A DNA stretch of 64,000 nt from assembly GCF_018977255.1 (NCBI RefSeq), contig NW_024704771.1, forward strand, positions 930,001 through 994,000. Reading direction: 5' to 3'. The translations under genes were made by a program, and so were the position numbers. Positions 13,601 to 23,819 of this stretch are shown here, one piece after another. Every line of letters starts with the position of its first letter. The first letter of the stretch is position 1. Under the pieces are notes generated by a model that made no database searches, was not told where the DNA came from, and saw only the letters and a program-made list of their open reading frames with translations. The DNA comes from Callorhinchus milii. Taxonomy: Eukaryota.

Positions 13601-13633
13601 TTCTAGAAAATAACAGACACCGCATTTATGCAG
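1609..13633 (+). CDS. Butyrophilin-like gene copy 1 (spliced: SP-IgV-IgC-TM-cytoplasmic mini-exons; no B30.2 exon found; predicted junction stop)
   Basis: Ten phase-1 exons with AG/GT boundaries assemble into an open BTN-type protein up to a T|AA codon at the 9672/13607 junction. Confidence 0.8.
2518..2865 (+). CDS. BTN-like copy 1 IgV exon (348 nt)
   Basis: [36 protein letters not shown]; caatag acceptor and G|gtttgt donor; exon length typical of BTN IgV. Confidence 0.95.
3541..3816 (+). CDS. BTN-like copy 1 IgC exon (276 nt)
   Basis: [16 protein letters not shown]...FTC motif typical of BTN IgC; ttacag acceptor and G|gtcagt donor. Confidence 0.95.
4146..4505 (+). mobile_element. tRNA-derived SINE with conserved core and L2-like 3' tail
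   Basis: A-box tagctcagtggtt, B-box ggttcga, core (gatgttgaaccgagg...aaagatcc), tail ctatatcaaatg..attattatt. Confidence 0.8.
4539..4658 (+). CDS. BTN-like copy 1 transmembrane exon
   Basis: [40 protein letters not shown]: hydrophobic helix plus basic stop-transfer; canonical splice sites. Confidence 0.92.
4725..6050 (-). mobile_element. Degenerate L2 LINE fragments (RT C-terminal region); shared with copy 2 at ~47445-48735
   Basis: Minus-strand remnants [19 protein letters not shown] and HLRNIARL, typical of L2 ORF2. Confidence 0.85.
6622..6657 (+). CDS. BTN-like copy 1 cytoplasmic mini-exon (36 nt, [12 protein letters not shown])
   Basis: ttttccag acceptor, G|gtaagt donor, open, conserved in copy 2. 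Confidence 0.85.
6770..6940. repeat. CA-rich compound microsatellite (paralog at 49490-49690)
   Basis: Imperfect (CA)n / CACCCAGACATATA units. Confidence 0.9.
8146..8172 (+). CDS. BTN-like copy 1 27-nt mini-exon (DNELKSAKQ)
   Basis: ttttaaag acceptor and G|gtacag donor; identical in copy 2 (50435-50461). Confidence 0.75.
8355..8381 (+). CDS. BTN-like copy 1 27-nt mini-exon (DQKYMKKAL)
   Basis: ttctttag acceptor and G|gtaggt donor; paralog at 50640-50666. Confidence 0.75.
8876..8902 (+). CDS. BTN-like copy 1 27-nt mini-exon (ELKQQFAKS)
   Basis: cctttcag acceptor and G|gtaatt donor; paralog at 51230-51256. Confidence 0.75.
9085..9447 (+). mobile_element. tRNA(Ala)-derived SINE, present only in copy 1
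   Basis: tRNA-like head gtcctgtagctcagtgggtagagcactcgcc..gcgag..ggttcgattccc plus L2-like tail; absent at the paralogous site (~51440). Confidence 0.85.
9646..9672 (+). CDS. BTN-like copy 1 27-nt mini-exon (EWEVVGSCE)
   Basis: ctttccag acceptor and T|gtaagt donor; paralog at 52161-52187. Confidence 0.7.
9683..10185. repeat. 25-bp minisatellite (CCCCACATTACAGGCTGGTTATAGA)n, left part
   Basis: About 20 tandem units. Confidence 0.95.
10190..12360 (+). mobile_element. Degenerate L2 LINE (endonuclease remnant, RT, 3' tail) embedded in the minisatellite
   Basis: GHTLNLVIT (APE), [32 protein letters not shown] remnants in shifting frames. Confidence 0.9.
12367..12815. repeat. 25-bp minisatellite, right part
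   Basis: Same unit as 9683-10185. Confidence 0.95.
13150..13497 (-). mobile_element. tRNA-derived SINE (same position as 53030-53380)
   Basis: Reverse-complement tRNA-like head near 13440-13497 and L2-like tail near 13150. Confidence 0.75.
13607..13633 (+). CDS. BTN-like copy 1 27-nt mini-exon (creates TAA if joined to 9672)
   Basis: catttctag acceptor and GCAG|gtaaga donor; positional paralog of 53492-53518. Confidence 0.6.
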
Positions 13634-14479
13634 GTAAGATGTTAATATTGTATAAATGGTACAATTCAGAACTGCTCAGATCCCACCCCAGATTTCGCAC
13701 AAAGATGTACAGACAGAAGGTCCCAGCCTGGTCTGTGCTGAGGTATCTGATCTCAGTCGGGGAGGGAGGGGCTCTACACATGGCCTCAGGGCCCGGATAT
13801 GGATGGACAATAAGCCAAAGTCACTGTTCCTCATCACATTCAGGGATTCCCCCCCCACTCCCATCCCAGCCTTTCTGTAAATACCGGGTGAGGAGAGGAT
13901 CAGGCTGTGATGCCCTCAATGGTTAAATAGTCAACCAACACTGGCTGTCCAGGCTCCCACATGAACAAGTCACTAAAGACAGCTACAGACCAGACACAGT
14001 GAGTATCAGCACTGAGCCCGACTCCTGCTCATCGCCCTCTGCACATTCACTAAAGCTGTGATGCCATGTTGAGGTTGTAGAGATGTCAGTCCAATCCTGT
14101 GCCCCAGGCGCTGGGCACAACAGCTGTTAGTGTGTGTCTGGAGAATGGTATGTGACTGTACCTGGGGAAGGTACTGATAGACCAAATACTACACACACTG
14201 TTACTGTATTTAACACATTACAGGGTGTCGTCCACACTGTCACCTGTCGTAAAATACTCACTTCATATTGTCCACATGTTCGAGATCCAAGTCCAATATT
14301 GTGACCAGGTTCTGTTCACTGAGGGCTTCACCCACAGGTTGGAGAATGTGTTTGTATATAACTGGTTATTCACTAATTACTACATTCCCTGTTACTACAA
14401 TCACAATCCCCACTGTCAACATGTCAAAAATCACCACATATAGCAATGAAGACAAACTCACAACAGAGAGTTACCATGA

Positions 14480-15185
14480 GAGGCTCACTCACGTGATCAC
14501 ACACACACTCACCTCCAGCCCCCCACACCCATACGCTCATATCCCCACCTCACACACACCTTCACGTTCCCCCCCCCACACACACACCTTCACATCACCG
14601 CCACACACCCTCACATCTCTCCCACACACAGCCTCACATCCCCCCACCACATATCATCACATCCACCCCCACATACACCATCCCCCCATACACACACAAT
14701 CACGTCCCCCCCAAACACCCTCGCATCCCACCCACACACCCTCACATCTCTCCTACACACAGCATCACATGCCTCCCACCACACATCATCACATCCCCCC
14801 CATACACACACAATCACGTCCCCCCAATACATACACAATCACGTCCCCCCCAAACACCCTCGCATCCCACCCACACACCCTCACATCCCACCCACACACC
14901 CTCACAGCTCCCCATCGCACACACCCACACATCCCCCCCAAACACCCTCACACCCCACCCCTAGACACACACTCCCATCCAACCAAAAAGACTTCTTCAC
15001 ATACCTCACCACACACACCCTCACATCCCCCCCACCCACACACACACCCTGACATCCCCCACCACAAACACACTCTAATATCCAGCCCCACACACTCACA
15101 TCTCCAACCCCCATCCTCACATCCCCACACACACCTTCACACCCTCCACACACACCCTCATTACAACCCCACGCACCTCACATCC
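14480..15185. repeat. CA/C-rich low-complexity region
   Basis: Imperfect cacacaccctcacatcccc units. Confidence 0.85.
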
Positions 15186-18100
15186 AACAACAACAACTTG
15201 GATTTATATAGCGCCCTCCACGGACGGCATCGCAGAGCGCTTCACAGAAATGGATCCTGGGGCTGAGCGAGGGGGAGGGGGAGGAAGGTGACCAAAGGCG
15301 CGGTCAAAAGGAAAGGACTTCAGCCGAGACCTGAAAATAGGAAGAGAGGGGACGAGGCGAAGGGAGTGAGGAAGGCAGTTCCAGAGCCTCATTGTGGCCA
15401 AAGACATGTGCACCGATGGTGGAGCGGAGGATTCGGGGGACAAGAAGGAGCCCAGACCCAGTGGAGCGAAGGCAATAGGCACTGTTGTGAGGAGAGAGGA
15501 GGTAAGAGAGGTCGGGGGTGCAGAGGAGTGGAGGGATTTGAAAACAAGAGTGAGGATCTTGAAATTATTCCTCTCTGGGACAGGCAGACAGTGCAGTCTG
15601 GCAAGGACTGGGGTAATCGGGAGCGGAGGTTGGTGCGGGTATGAATGTGAGCAGCAGAATTTTGGATGACTTGGATTTTGTGAATGGTAGTGGAGGGGAG
15701 ACTGGCGAGGAGGACATTTGAATAGTCCAGCCGAGAGGTGACAAAGGCATGGACCAGGGTTTCGGTGGCTTTTGGGCTGAGATATTGCCGGAAACGGGTG
15801 ATGCGTCAGAGGAGGAAGAAGTGGTGCTGGTGAGGGACCGGATGTGGGGGAGGAAGGATAACCTGATGCCGAGGTTGTGAACAGGTTTGGAGAGTTTTAG
15901 GGAGAGGTCGGGTAGGTGGCGGAGGTGTGAACCGTGCGATTTTAGATGTTGAGTATGGCTTCCTTCTTGTCAACGTTCAGCTGAAGGAAATTTGCGCTCA
16001 GCCAGCTCCTGAGGTCTGACAGGAAGGCTGACAGAACATCAGGGGACTGGGGGGGGGCTCGCAAAGTGAGGCGGAAAAATTGAGTTGGGTGTCTTCTGCA
16101 TACATGTGGAAGTGTACCCCATGTCTGCGGATGACATCCCCAAGAGGGAGCATATAGATTAGGACGAGGAAGGGGCCAAGGATGGATCCTTGGGGTACCC
16201 TGCAGGTAACTGAGTGAGAGCAGGAGGAAAAGCCGTTTGTTGAGATGTACTGCTGGTGGTTTGTGAGGTAGGACTCAAACCAGGCGAGTGCGGTCCCACT
16301 GAGGTGGGTGACGGAAGAAAGGCAGTGGAAGAGGATTGCATGATCGACTGTGTCGAAAGCGGTGGAGAGATCCAGGAGGACAAGGAGGCAGAGGGAACCC
16401 TGGTCACAGATAGAGAGGATGTCGTTTGAGACTTTCACAAGCGCAGTCTCTGTACTATGGGTAGAGCGGAAACCGGACTGGATGGGTTCGAAGAGGGAGG
16501 AGAGGTGTGCACGGAGTTGATTGGCAACAACGCGTTCTAGGACTTTGGCAAGGAAGGGCACGTTTGAAATAGAGTGGTAGTGGCTGGGGTTTGAGGGATC
16601 TGGGGAAGGTTTTTTGAGGAGGGGTTGATGACAGCAGCTTTGAGGGGGGCAGGGACTGATCCAGAGGAGAGGGACTGGTTGATGACATCAGCCAGTAGTG
16701 GGTAGAGGAGGGGGAGCTGGGTGACCAGCAAGTTGGTGTGGAGGGGGTCAAGGCAGCAGATGGTGTGTTTCATCGAAGTGATGGTGGGTGAGAGAGACAA
16801 AGGTGAGATGGGGAGGAAGAAATGTAGGATGGGGTTCGTGATAGGAGCTGATGATGGGGAGTGTCAGGGGGATGGAGAGAGGGTGGTGATGGGTGATGAT
16901 GCAGGAGGATGAGACTGTCTGGTAGATATTATTTATTTTAGTTGAAAAGAAGTCCATGACCTCCTCGAACTTAGCATTTGATGTGAAGATTGAGGAGGCC
17001 TGAGGGGGGCACGGAGGAGGTAGTCGGTGGTGGAAAAAAGGATTTTAGGGTTGTGTTTAGCCTCCAAGATGATGTTGGAGTAGAAGGCCATTTTTGCACG
17101 TGTCAAAGAGTGGTGGTCGCTGTGGAGATGCTCGAACCACAGTTGGTGGTGAACTCTCAGGCCAGGTTTCTGCCATCTGTGCTCGAGCAGCTGGGTTTGG
17201 TTTTTAGGGTGCGGAGATGATTGTTATACAAGGGGGAACGGGTGGGTTTGAGGATGGTCCTGGATTTCAGGGGATGAGATAGTTGAAGGTGAAGGACAGG
17301 CGATCATGGAGTAGCTGGACGGTTGCTTCAGTATCTCTGTGGGTGAAAGGCCAAAGGGATAGGACATTGTGAGGGTCTCAGGGGGTAGCCTTTTCCACGG
17401 GTGGCAGAGTATTGTTGAGGGGAGTTTAGGTGGAGATTGAAATTGCCCATTATGAGTAGCCGTTCGGAGCAGAGGGACAGGGAAGAGAGGAGAGTAGAGA
17501 TGTCAGAGAGGAAGGGGCCTGGGGGCTTGGGGGGGGTGGTAGACCAGAAGGATTTTCAGTGGGAGAGAGGCATGGAAGAGGGTGAGGTGCTCAAAAGAGG
17601 GGAAGCAGCCAGAGGAATAGGGGGAAAGACCAAGGGAAACTTTGGAGATGAGGGCCACCCCGCCACCAAGTTGGTTTAGACGGGTGTGGTGGAAGGTGTA
17701 GACTGGAGGGGAAGCTTCGACTAGAGGAACGGGGTCATTGGGGGAGAGCCAGGTTACTGTGAGCCCAAGAATGCTGAGGTGCTCATCCAGGATGAGGTCA
17801 TGGACAGTGAGGTTTCTTTGTGAGTGAACGGACATTTTGAAGGGAAATACGGGTGGGTTTGCTGGTGGGAGGAGAGGGAGGAGGGAGTGATACGGAGAGG
17901 ATTTTAGGGTGTACAGGAGAGATGGCTGTGGAGTGTGGGGGGAGTGGGGTGTTGGGGAGGGTACGTATGACGGAGGGGGACGTTGTGTTTGCCTTAAGGA
18001 GGCGGTTTGTGTGGAGGGAGTGAATGATGGGACACTTGGGGTCGCTGCTCTGGGACAGTCAGTGCCTGGAGCCACGATGGGCCCAGCGGAGGCTGCCCAG

Positions 18101-18330
18101 GCTGGAGCAGAGGGAGGTGGTGATGGGGTCCAGGAGAGAGAGAAGGTGGGGGGTGTGGGGGTGAGAGAAGGACAGAGTGGGAGTAGGAGATAGAGGGTGT
18201 TGGGAGGAGAGACATTTACAGTGGAGGGAGAGGCTCGGGTCGGGGCGGCAGCCAAAACGCGCACAGAGACCGGGAGCGAGCGATCAGTGGGACGGCATCA
18301 GCCCACAGGCTGTGTGGTCACGGCTAAGAT
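15186..18330 (-). mobile_element. Near full-length degenerate L2 LINE (APE endonuclease + RT + 3' tail)
   Basis: Endonuclease N-terminus (LTVHDLILDEHLSILGLTVTWL), RT (PFLAKVLERVV, HSTETALVKVSNDIL, LDLSTAFDTVDH, VPQGSILGP, YAEDTQL), tail at 15186-15250; frameshifted. Confidence 0.92.
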
Positions 18331-18401
18331 GTCAGTGACAGGGGCGGCCACGACATTTTCTCCTGAACCACTTTCACTGTGGATTAGTTTCTTTTAGCTT
18401 T

Positions 18402-18897
18402 TCTTAGTGTTAGTGTTGGTGTCAGTGCTGTTAGTGTTAGTGTTGGTGTTGGTGTTAGTGCTGTTAGTGTTAGTGTTGGTGTCAGTGCTGTTAGTGTTAG
18501 TGTTGGTGTCAGTGCTGTTAGTGTTGGTGTCAGTGCTGTTAGTGTCAGTGTTGGTGTCAGTGCTGTTAGTGTTAGTGTTGGTGTCAGTGCTGTTAGTGTT
18601 GGTGTCAGTGCTGTTAGTGTTGGTGTTGGTGTCAGTGCTGTTAGTGTTAGTGTTGGTGTCAGTGCTGTTAGTGTTAGTGTTGGTGTCAGTGCTGTTAGTG
18701 TTGGTGTCAGTGCTGTTAGTGTTAGTGTTGTTCTCAGTGCTGTTAGTGTTAGTGTTGGTGTCAGTGCTGTTAGTGTTAGTGTTGGTGTCAGTGCTGTTAG
18801 TGTTAGTGTTGGTGTCAGTGCTGTTAGTGTTAGTGTTGGTGTCAGTGCTGTTAGTGTTAGTGTTGGTGTCAGTGCTGTTAGTGTTAGTGTTGGTGTC
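18402..18897. repeat. 21/27-bp minisatellite built of GTGTTA/GTGTTG/GTGTCA/GTGCTG hexamers
   Basis: Direct reading. Confidence 0.95.
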
Positions 18898-19520
18898 TCT
18901 GAGACAGGGATATATATCGCTGATATCTTTCTCTCCAGCAATGCCCAGTCTCACAGTCGGGGCTGTGCTCAGAATCTCACTGAAATCTCCCAAATCACTT
19001 TTATATCTATAAACAGGTGCCGTGTTGTTCCCCAGTGAGTGGCCGCGTCTCACTGTGTATAAACACTGTGTGTTTTCAGTGACAGCTTTTATAATCTGTA
19101 ACATTTCTCACTCACTGTAACAATCTTTAACCTTCAATAAACCGAGGTCACGTCTGTGTGGATATTAATATCCAAAATATTGTCATTCACTTGCAAAATA
19201 CTCGATCAATTTACAATAAATAATGTGTCATTTTATGTCCAATCCTTATGCACAGTCTACACACACTCCTCACCCTCTGATACACACATCCCTAACCCTC
19301 ACCCCCTGAAACTCACACCCTGAGTTGTCTTAATTCACTCTCCAACTTACTGTGCAGAGACCACACAGATAACACAGCGCTGAGACACCGAATGCCCACC
19401 TCCTCCTCTGACCCTCGTTACTCTCACCGGCAGTGTTTGTTTCTGGTCCAGTTGTTGCCTCTCTCTCCGGCCTCACCGGCTGCTCCAGGTTTAGGGTTCG
19501 CTCCGTGGACTTTCATTGAT
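18898..19520. repeat. Unclassified dispersed repeat X, copy 1 (others at ~23186-23620 and ~38736-39410)
   Basis: Near-identical core ctctgagacagggatatatatcgctgatatc...gtgacagcttttataatc in three places. Confidence 0.9.
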
Positions 19521-20089
19521 TTCCCACATTTCCAACTCCATTTTAGAATTTGAGAAACCAGTGACATTGAACTCAGATCGTGTGGATGTATTCCAGAGGA
19601 ATAATAACAATAATCCCTCCATTTAATACAGCACCTCATCACATCACTGAGACATCACAAATCGCTTCACAGAATATATTGTAAAGTGTATTGACTGTGT
19701 GTTCTGTGGGCAAAATACTGCAGCCAATTGCACACAGCAGTTTCCCACAAATAGTCATGGATTGAGTAACCAAATTATTTTTTGGGAGAGATTATTGACC
19801 ACAGAAAGCGATCCACCAATCACCTGTCAACTGGGTTCCCACTTAACTGCTGGTAAACAGAGGTGTGTGGAATAAGGAAACTTGTCTAAGATGTAAAGGG
19901 GATTGACTGGATATTTTATGAACAAAATGTTCAGGAGTGAGGAATGGGTGAAGACGCTGTGGAGCATAATCACCGCATGGACTGGTTTGACCGAGTTGCC
20001 TATTTAGTTGCTGTACATTCTTTGACTCCCACGAGACAATTTGACAGTCAGAAAAATCCAATCCCGGTCACACTTTCATACAGTTTTAC

Positions 20090-20485
20090 CTGTGAAGATT
20101 CCTCTCTTTGAGGCAAAACACCAACAGGTAAGTGTCAGAAATTGTTGCCTGAAATGACATTAGATTCTGATTGAAAAAAATTACTTTATTCTGTATTCCA
20201 GTTACAGGATTCACTGGTTTCACTTTCACATGTGGTGATGTGGAGTTTAAATATGAAATAAATGTTCTCTATTGTCAGGTTTGTGTCAGTAGTAAAGCGG
20301 GAGCTCTGCAGTCAGTTTATTCCCAGTTTGTGGTTTAAACGCTGAGAATTGGAGGCAAGTGAGGAGGGAAGGGAATGGGAGCTCCTCTCTGACCTGCACC
20401 ATGTTGGGGTGAATAAGGAGCGGCTGTGAGGAGGGGGAGGGGAGGGGCACATTACAGCAGTTACACATAACATGTTTCTTCCCCA
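20090..20485 (+). repeat. Orphan third copy of the BTN 5' region (putative 5'UTR exon donor and intron start)
   Basis: Matches ~470-868 and ~43320-43720; no downstream BTN coding exons. Confidence 0.85.
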
Positions 20486-20769
20486 AACCATCTCATGTAG
20501 ACCCCAGTGCAGGGCCAGGGGGGGCCTCACTGTCACAGTTAAAGATCTCACATCACTATTCCAACAGAGAAGGCAGTTTGTTCTGTTGTGGGTGTAAATG
20601 CAAAGAACATGTTGTAAGATCACAGAGTTATTAATTATGTTTTCCATTTTTATTAATTACCGGCTGTACCTGTCGCAGCTACACTTGCAACCAAAGGATC
20701 CACTATGGAATGTAGATTTCAGTATTATTATACTTTATATTATATTTTATATTTGATTATTATACTTTA

Positions 20770-22560
20770 TAACAGCAACAACTTGCACTTATATAGCATC
20801 CTTCACGCAGGGTAGTGTTTCACAGCGCTTAACGGGTGCAGCCTGACTCCGAGCTGGTCGGTGGTTGGGGATGGGAGCTGCCGTAAGCACAGTCAAAGAA
20901 GAAGATTTTCAGGTGGACTTGAAAAAGGGGAATGGGCACGATGGAGGGATTGAGGGACAGTGCTCCAGAGTTTCAGGGTGTAGTGGCTAATAGCNNNNNN
21001 NNNNNNNNNNNNNNNNNNNACAACCACTGATGGTGGGGCAGAGGGTGCGAGGGACGAGTGGGAGACCGGTGCCAGTCAAGCGGATGTGGAGTGGATTGGG
21101 GGGTGAGTGGGTCGGGGAAGTTTTCAACATGAGTGTGAATATCTTGAAGTTGATCCATTCAGTGATGGGGAGTCAGTGGAGCCTGGACAGAACCGGTGAC
21201 ATGTTGGTATGGAGTTTGGTCCAGGTCAGTTTTCTGTGGCAGAGTTCTGAATGAGCTGGAGATCTTTTGAATGGTGGACCTGGGGAGGCTGGTGAGGAGT
21301 GTGTTGGAGTATTCCAAGAGGAGGTGACAAACACATGCACAAGGTTTACGGCTGCATTTGTGATAAGATACCGTCGGAGGCAGGCAATTTGGTGGAGGTA
21401 GAAGAAGGTGGTCCTGGTCAGGGATTGGATGTGGGGGAGGAAGGGCAGTCGGAGGTTGAACTGGATGCCTAAATTGTGCACTGAGACTGAAGGAGAGACC
21501 AGAGATGTTGAGGAATCTCGATCCACAGTGGTGAAGACATTGACAGACAGAAGGAGTATGGCTTCCATCTTGTTCATATTCAGCTGCAGGAAGTTTACAC
21601 TCATCCAGGCCTTGATGTGTGCGAGACAACCTGATAGAACATTGGGGACCTGGAGTCATAATAATAATAATAACCATCCTTGCATTTGATATAGCTGTTA
21701 ATGGAGGAGGGAAAGTAGATTTGTGTGTCATTGCATACATGTGGAAGTTTACCCCATGTCAATGGATAACATTAGGGGGCATATAGATAACTAAGGTAGA
21801 TGAGGGAGGACGGTGGAGGAGGATGGCATGGTTATTATTATTATTATTATTATTATGGTCAACCGTGGCGGAGAGATCCAGGAGGATGAGGAGGCAGAGG
21901 GAGCCCCGGTCACAGATAGAGAGAGTGTCATTTGTGACCTTGAAAAGCACTGTCTCTGTACTGAGGACCGAGTGAAAACCAGACATCAGGGGCTCAAAGA
22001 GGGAATTGGTCTCACACAATGCATTGTAGGATTTTGGCCGGGAAGTTTTTGGGAGGTTGGAGATGGGATGGTAGTGTGAGAGACGAGAGAGATCGAGGAT
22101 GGTTTTTTTTGAGGAGCGCATTATCTAATATATAATAATCCTTGCATTTGATATAGCGCTTTTCACGTCTTCTCGACATCTCAAAGAACTTCACAGAATA
22201 GACTGTATATTTAAACCATTACAGTGGTTTTCAGGCGGAGTGGAGCAGCCTGTGGAGAGAGACTGGTCGGTTAGCAAGGAGGAGAGAAGGGGAAGTTGAG
22301 TGACCAGAGATGGGTGGGGAGGGGGTCGAGGCAGCAGGTGGTGACCTCCATCTGGGTGATAGAGACTGAGAGAGAGGGGGGAGAATTGGGGGCAAAGGAG
22401 TGTAAGGAGGGGAAAGTGGCAGGAGCCGTGGTGGAGGGAGGAGGCATTGTGGATGGTCTGTGTGAGGTGGAAAGGGACATGGGATGGGGGGAGGGGATAA
22501 TGCAGCCAAACAGATAGTTGAGTGGGTGCACAGAGATGGTGATGGACGGTGGAAATCAGC
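20770..22560 (-). mobile_element. Fragmented L2 LINE pieces with SINE tail insertions
   Basis: NFLQLNMNKMEAILL, FFYLHQIACLRRYL, LSTETVLFKVTNDTL remnants. Confidence 0.8.
20995..21019. other. Assembly gap (25 N)
   Basis: Run of N. Confidence 1.
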
Positions 22561-22681
22561 GTCTTTGGATTGTTATTTGCCTCCCGGGTGACTCTGGAGT
22601 AAAAGTCAGTTTTGGTCTGTGAAAAGGGGAGGCAGTAGGTGTGGAGGTGCTCGAGCCACAGTTGGCAGTTTATAGTATAGT

Positions 22682-23005
22682 GGAGTCCTGTAGCTCAGTG
22701 GTTAGAGCACTCGCTTTGCAAGCGAGAGACCTGAGTTCAATTCCAGGCAGAGGGCGAAACCTTGGGCAAGTTTCCTTACTCCACACAGAGCCTAATAATA
22801 AACCCTCCAAAACCAAAAACAATAATAAATTGGTCATTTTCAATCCACGACTGTTTGTGGGACATTGCTGTGCGCAATTGGCTGCCGCGTTCGCCCACAA
22901 ATATACAGTCAATTCACTTTACAATGTGTTCTGTGAAGCGCTTTGGGACGTCCTCCCGACGTGAAAAGCGCTATATCAAATGTAAGGATTATTATTATTA
23001 TTATT
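22682..23005 (+). mobile_element. tRNA(Ala)-derived SINE
   Basis: Head with CTCGC-TTTGCAA-GCGAG anticodon arm (TGC), B-box, L2-like tail ending in (TAT)n. Confidence 0.88.
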
Positions 23006-23185
23006 GTCCTGGAATCTGAGGGCTTCACATCAGGGAGACATTACACACACACCCTCAAAGCCACCCCCCCACATACACACCCTAACATCCCCCCCCTCCA
23101 CACACACCCTTAACATCCACACACCCACACACACCCTCATATCCCCCCCACACACACGCACATCCCCACACAGTCATTCACATCT

Positions 23186-23620
23186 GTGTTGGGAGAATCT
23201 GACTTGCCATCCAGTGTGTGAGCTCACACACTCTGAGACAGGGATATATATCGCTGATATCTTTCTCTCCAGCAATGCCCAGTCTCACAGTCGGGGCTGT
23301 GCTCAGAATCTCACTGAAATCTCCCAAATCACTTTTATATCTATAAACAGGTGCCGTGTTGTTCCCCAGTGAGCGGCCGCGTCTCACTGTGTATAAACAC
23401 CGTGTATTGTCAGTGACAGCTTTTATAATCCGTAACATTTCTCGTTCAATGTAACAGTCACCCAAGAAGCGACATCTTTAACCCTCACTAAACCGAGGTC
23501 CCGTCTGCTTCTGTTCAACTGGATATTAATATCCAAAATATTGTCATTCACTTACAAAATACTCGATCAATTTACAATAAATCATGTGTTATTATTTTAT
23601 GTCCAATGATTGAACACAAT
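23186..23620. repeat. Dispersed repeat X, copy 2
   Basis: Aligns with 38736-39170 and 18898-19250. Confidence 0.9.
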
Positions 23621-23819
23621 CTGCACACACTCCTCACCCTCTGATATACACACCCTCACCCTTACCCCCTGATACACACACCCTCACCCTCACCCTCTGA
23701 TACACACACACCTAACGCTCACCCCCTGGTACACACACCCCTAACCCTCAACCCCTGATACACACACCCTAACCCTCACCCCCTGATACACACACCCCTA
23801 ACCCTCACCACGATACACA

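Larger units (their letters stand above)
1..14270 (+). repeat. Segmental duplication unit carrying BTN-like copy 1; paralog of ~41741-54150
   Basis: Position 1 (taattacactaacaaaacac) recurs at 41741; exons, introns and several TEs are colinear until ~14270/54150. Confidence 0.93.

Noticed and set aside
14268-15266. 332-aa His/Pro/Thr-rich ORF (and similar ORFs at 6.7, 34.5 and 49.4 kb)
   Set aside because: Artefacts of CA-rich low-complexity DNA.
19040-19085. Two CACTGTG heptamers in repeat X as RSSs
   Set aside because: No acceptable nonamer at 12 or 23 nt spacing.
18384-19104. ORFs of 185-236 aa with TNTNTNSTD, LTLTALTP or VLVLVS repeats
   Set aside because: All frames of a stop-free minisatellite; no splice context or domain.
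22682-22760. tRNA-Ala(TGC)-like cloverleaf (also at 4146, 9085, 39700, 51930, 53350)
   Set aside because: No proper acceptor stem or terminator; continues into SINE body and L2-like tail, so these are SINE heads.
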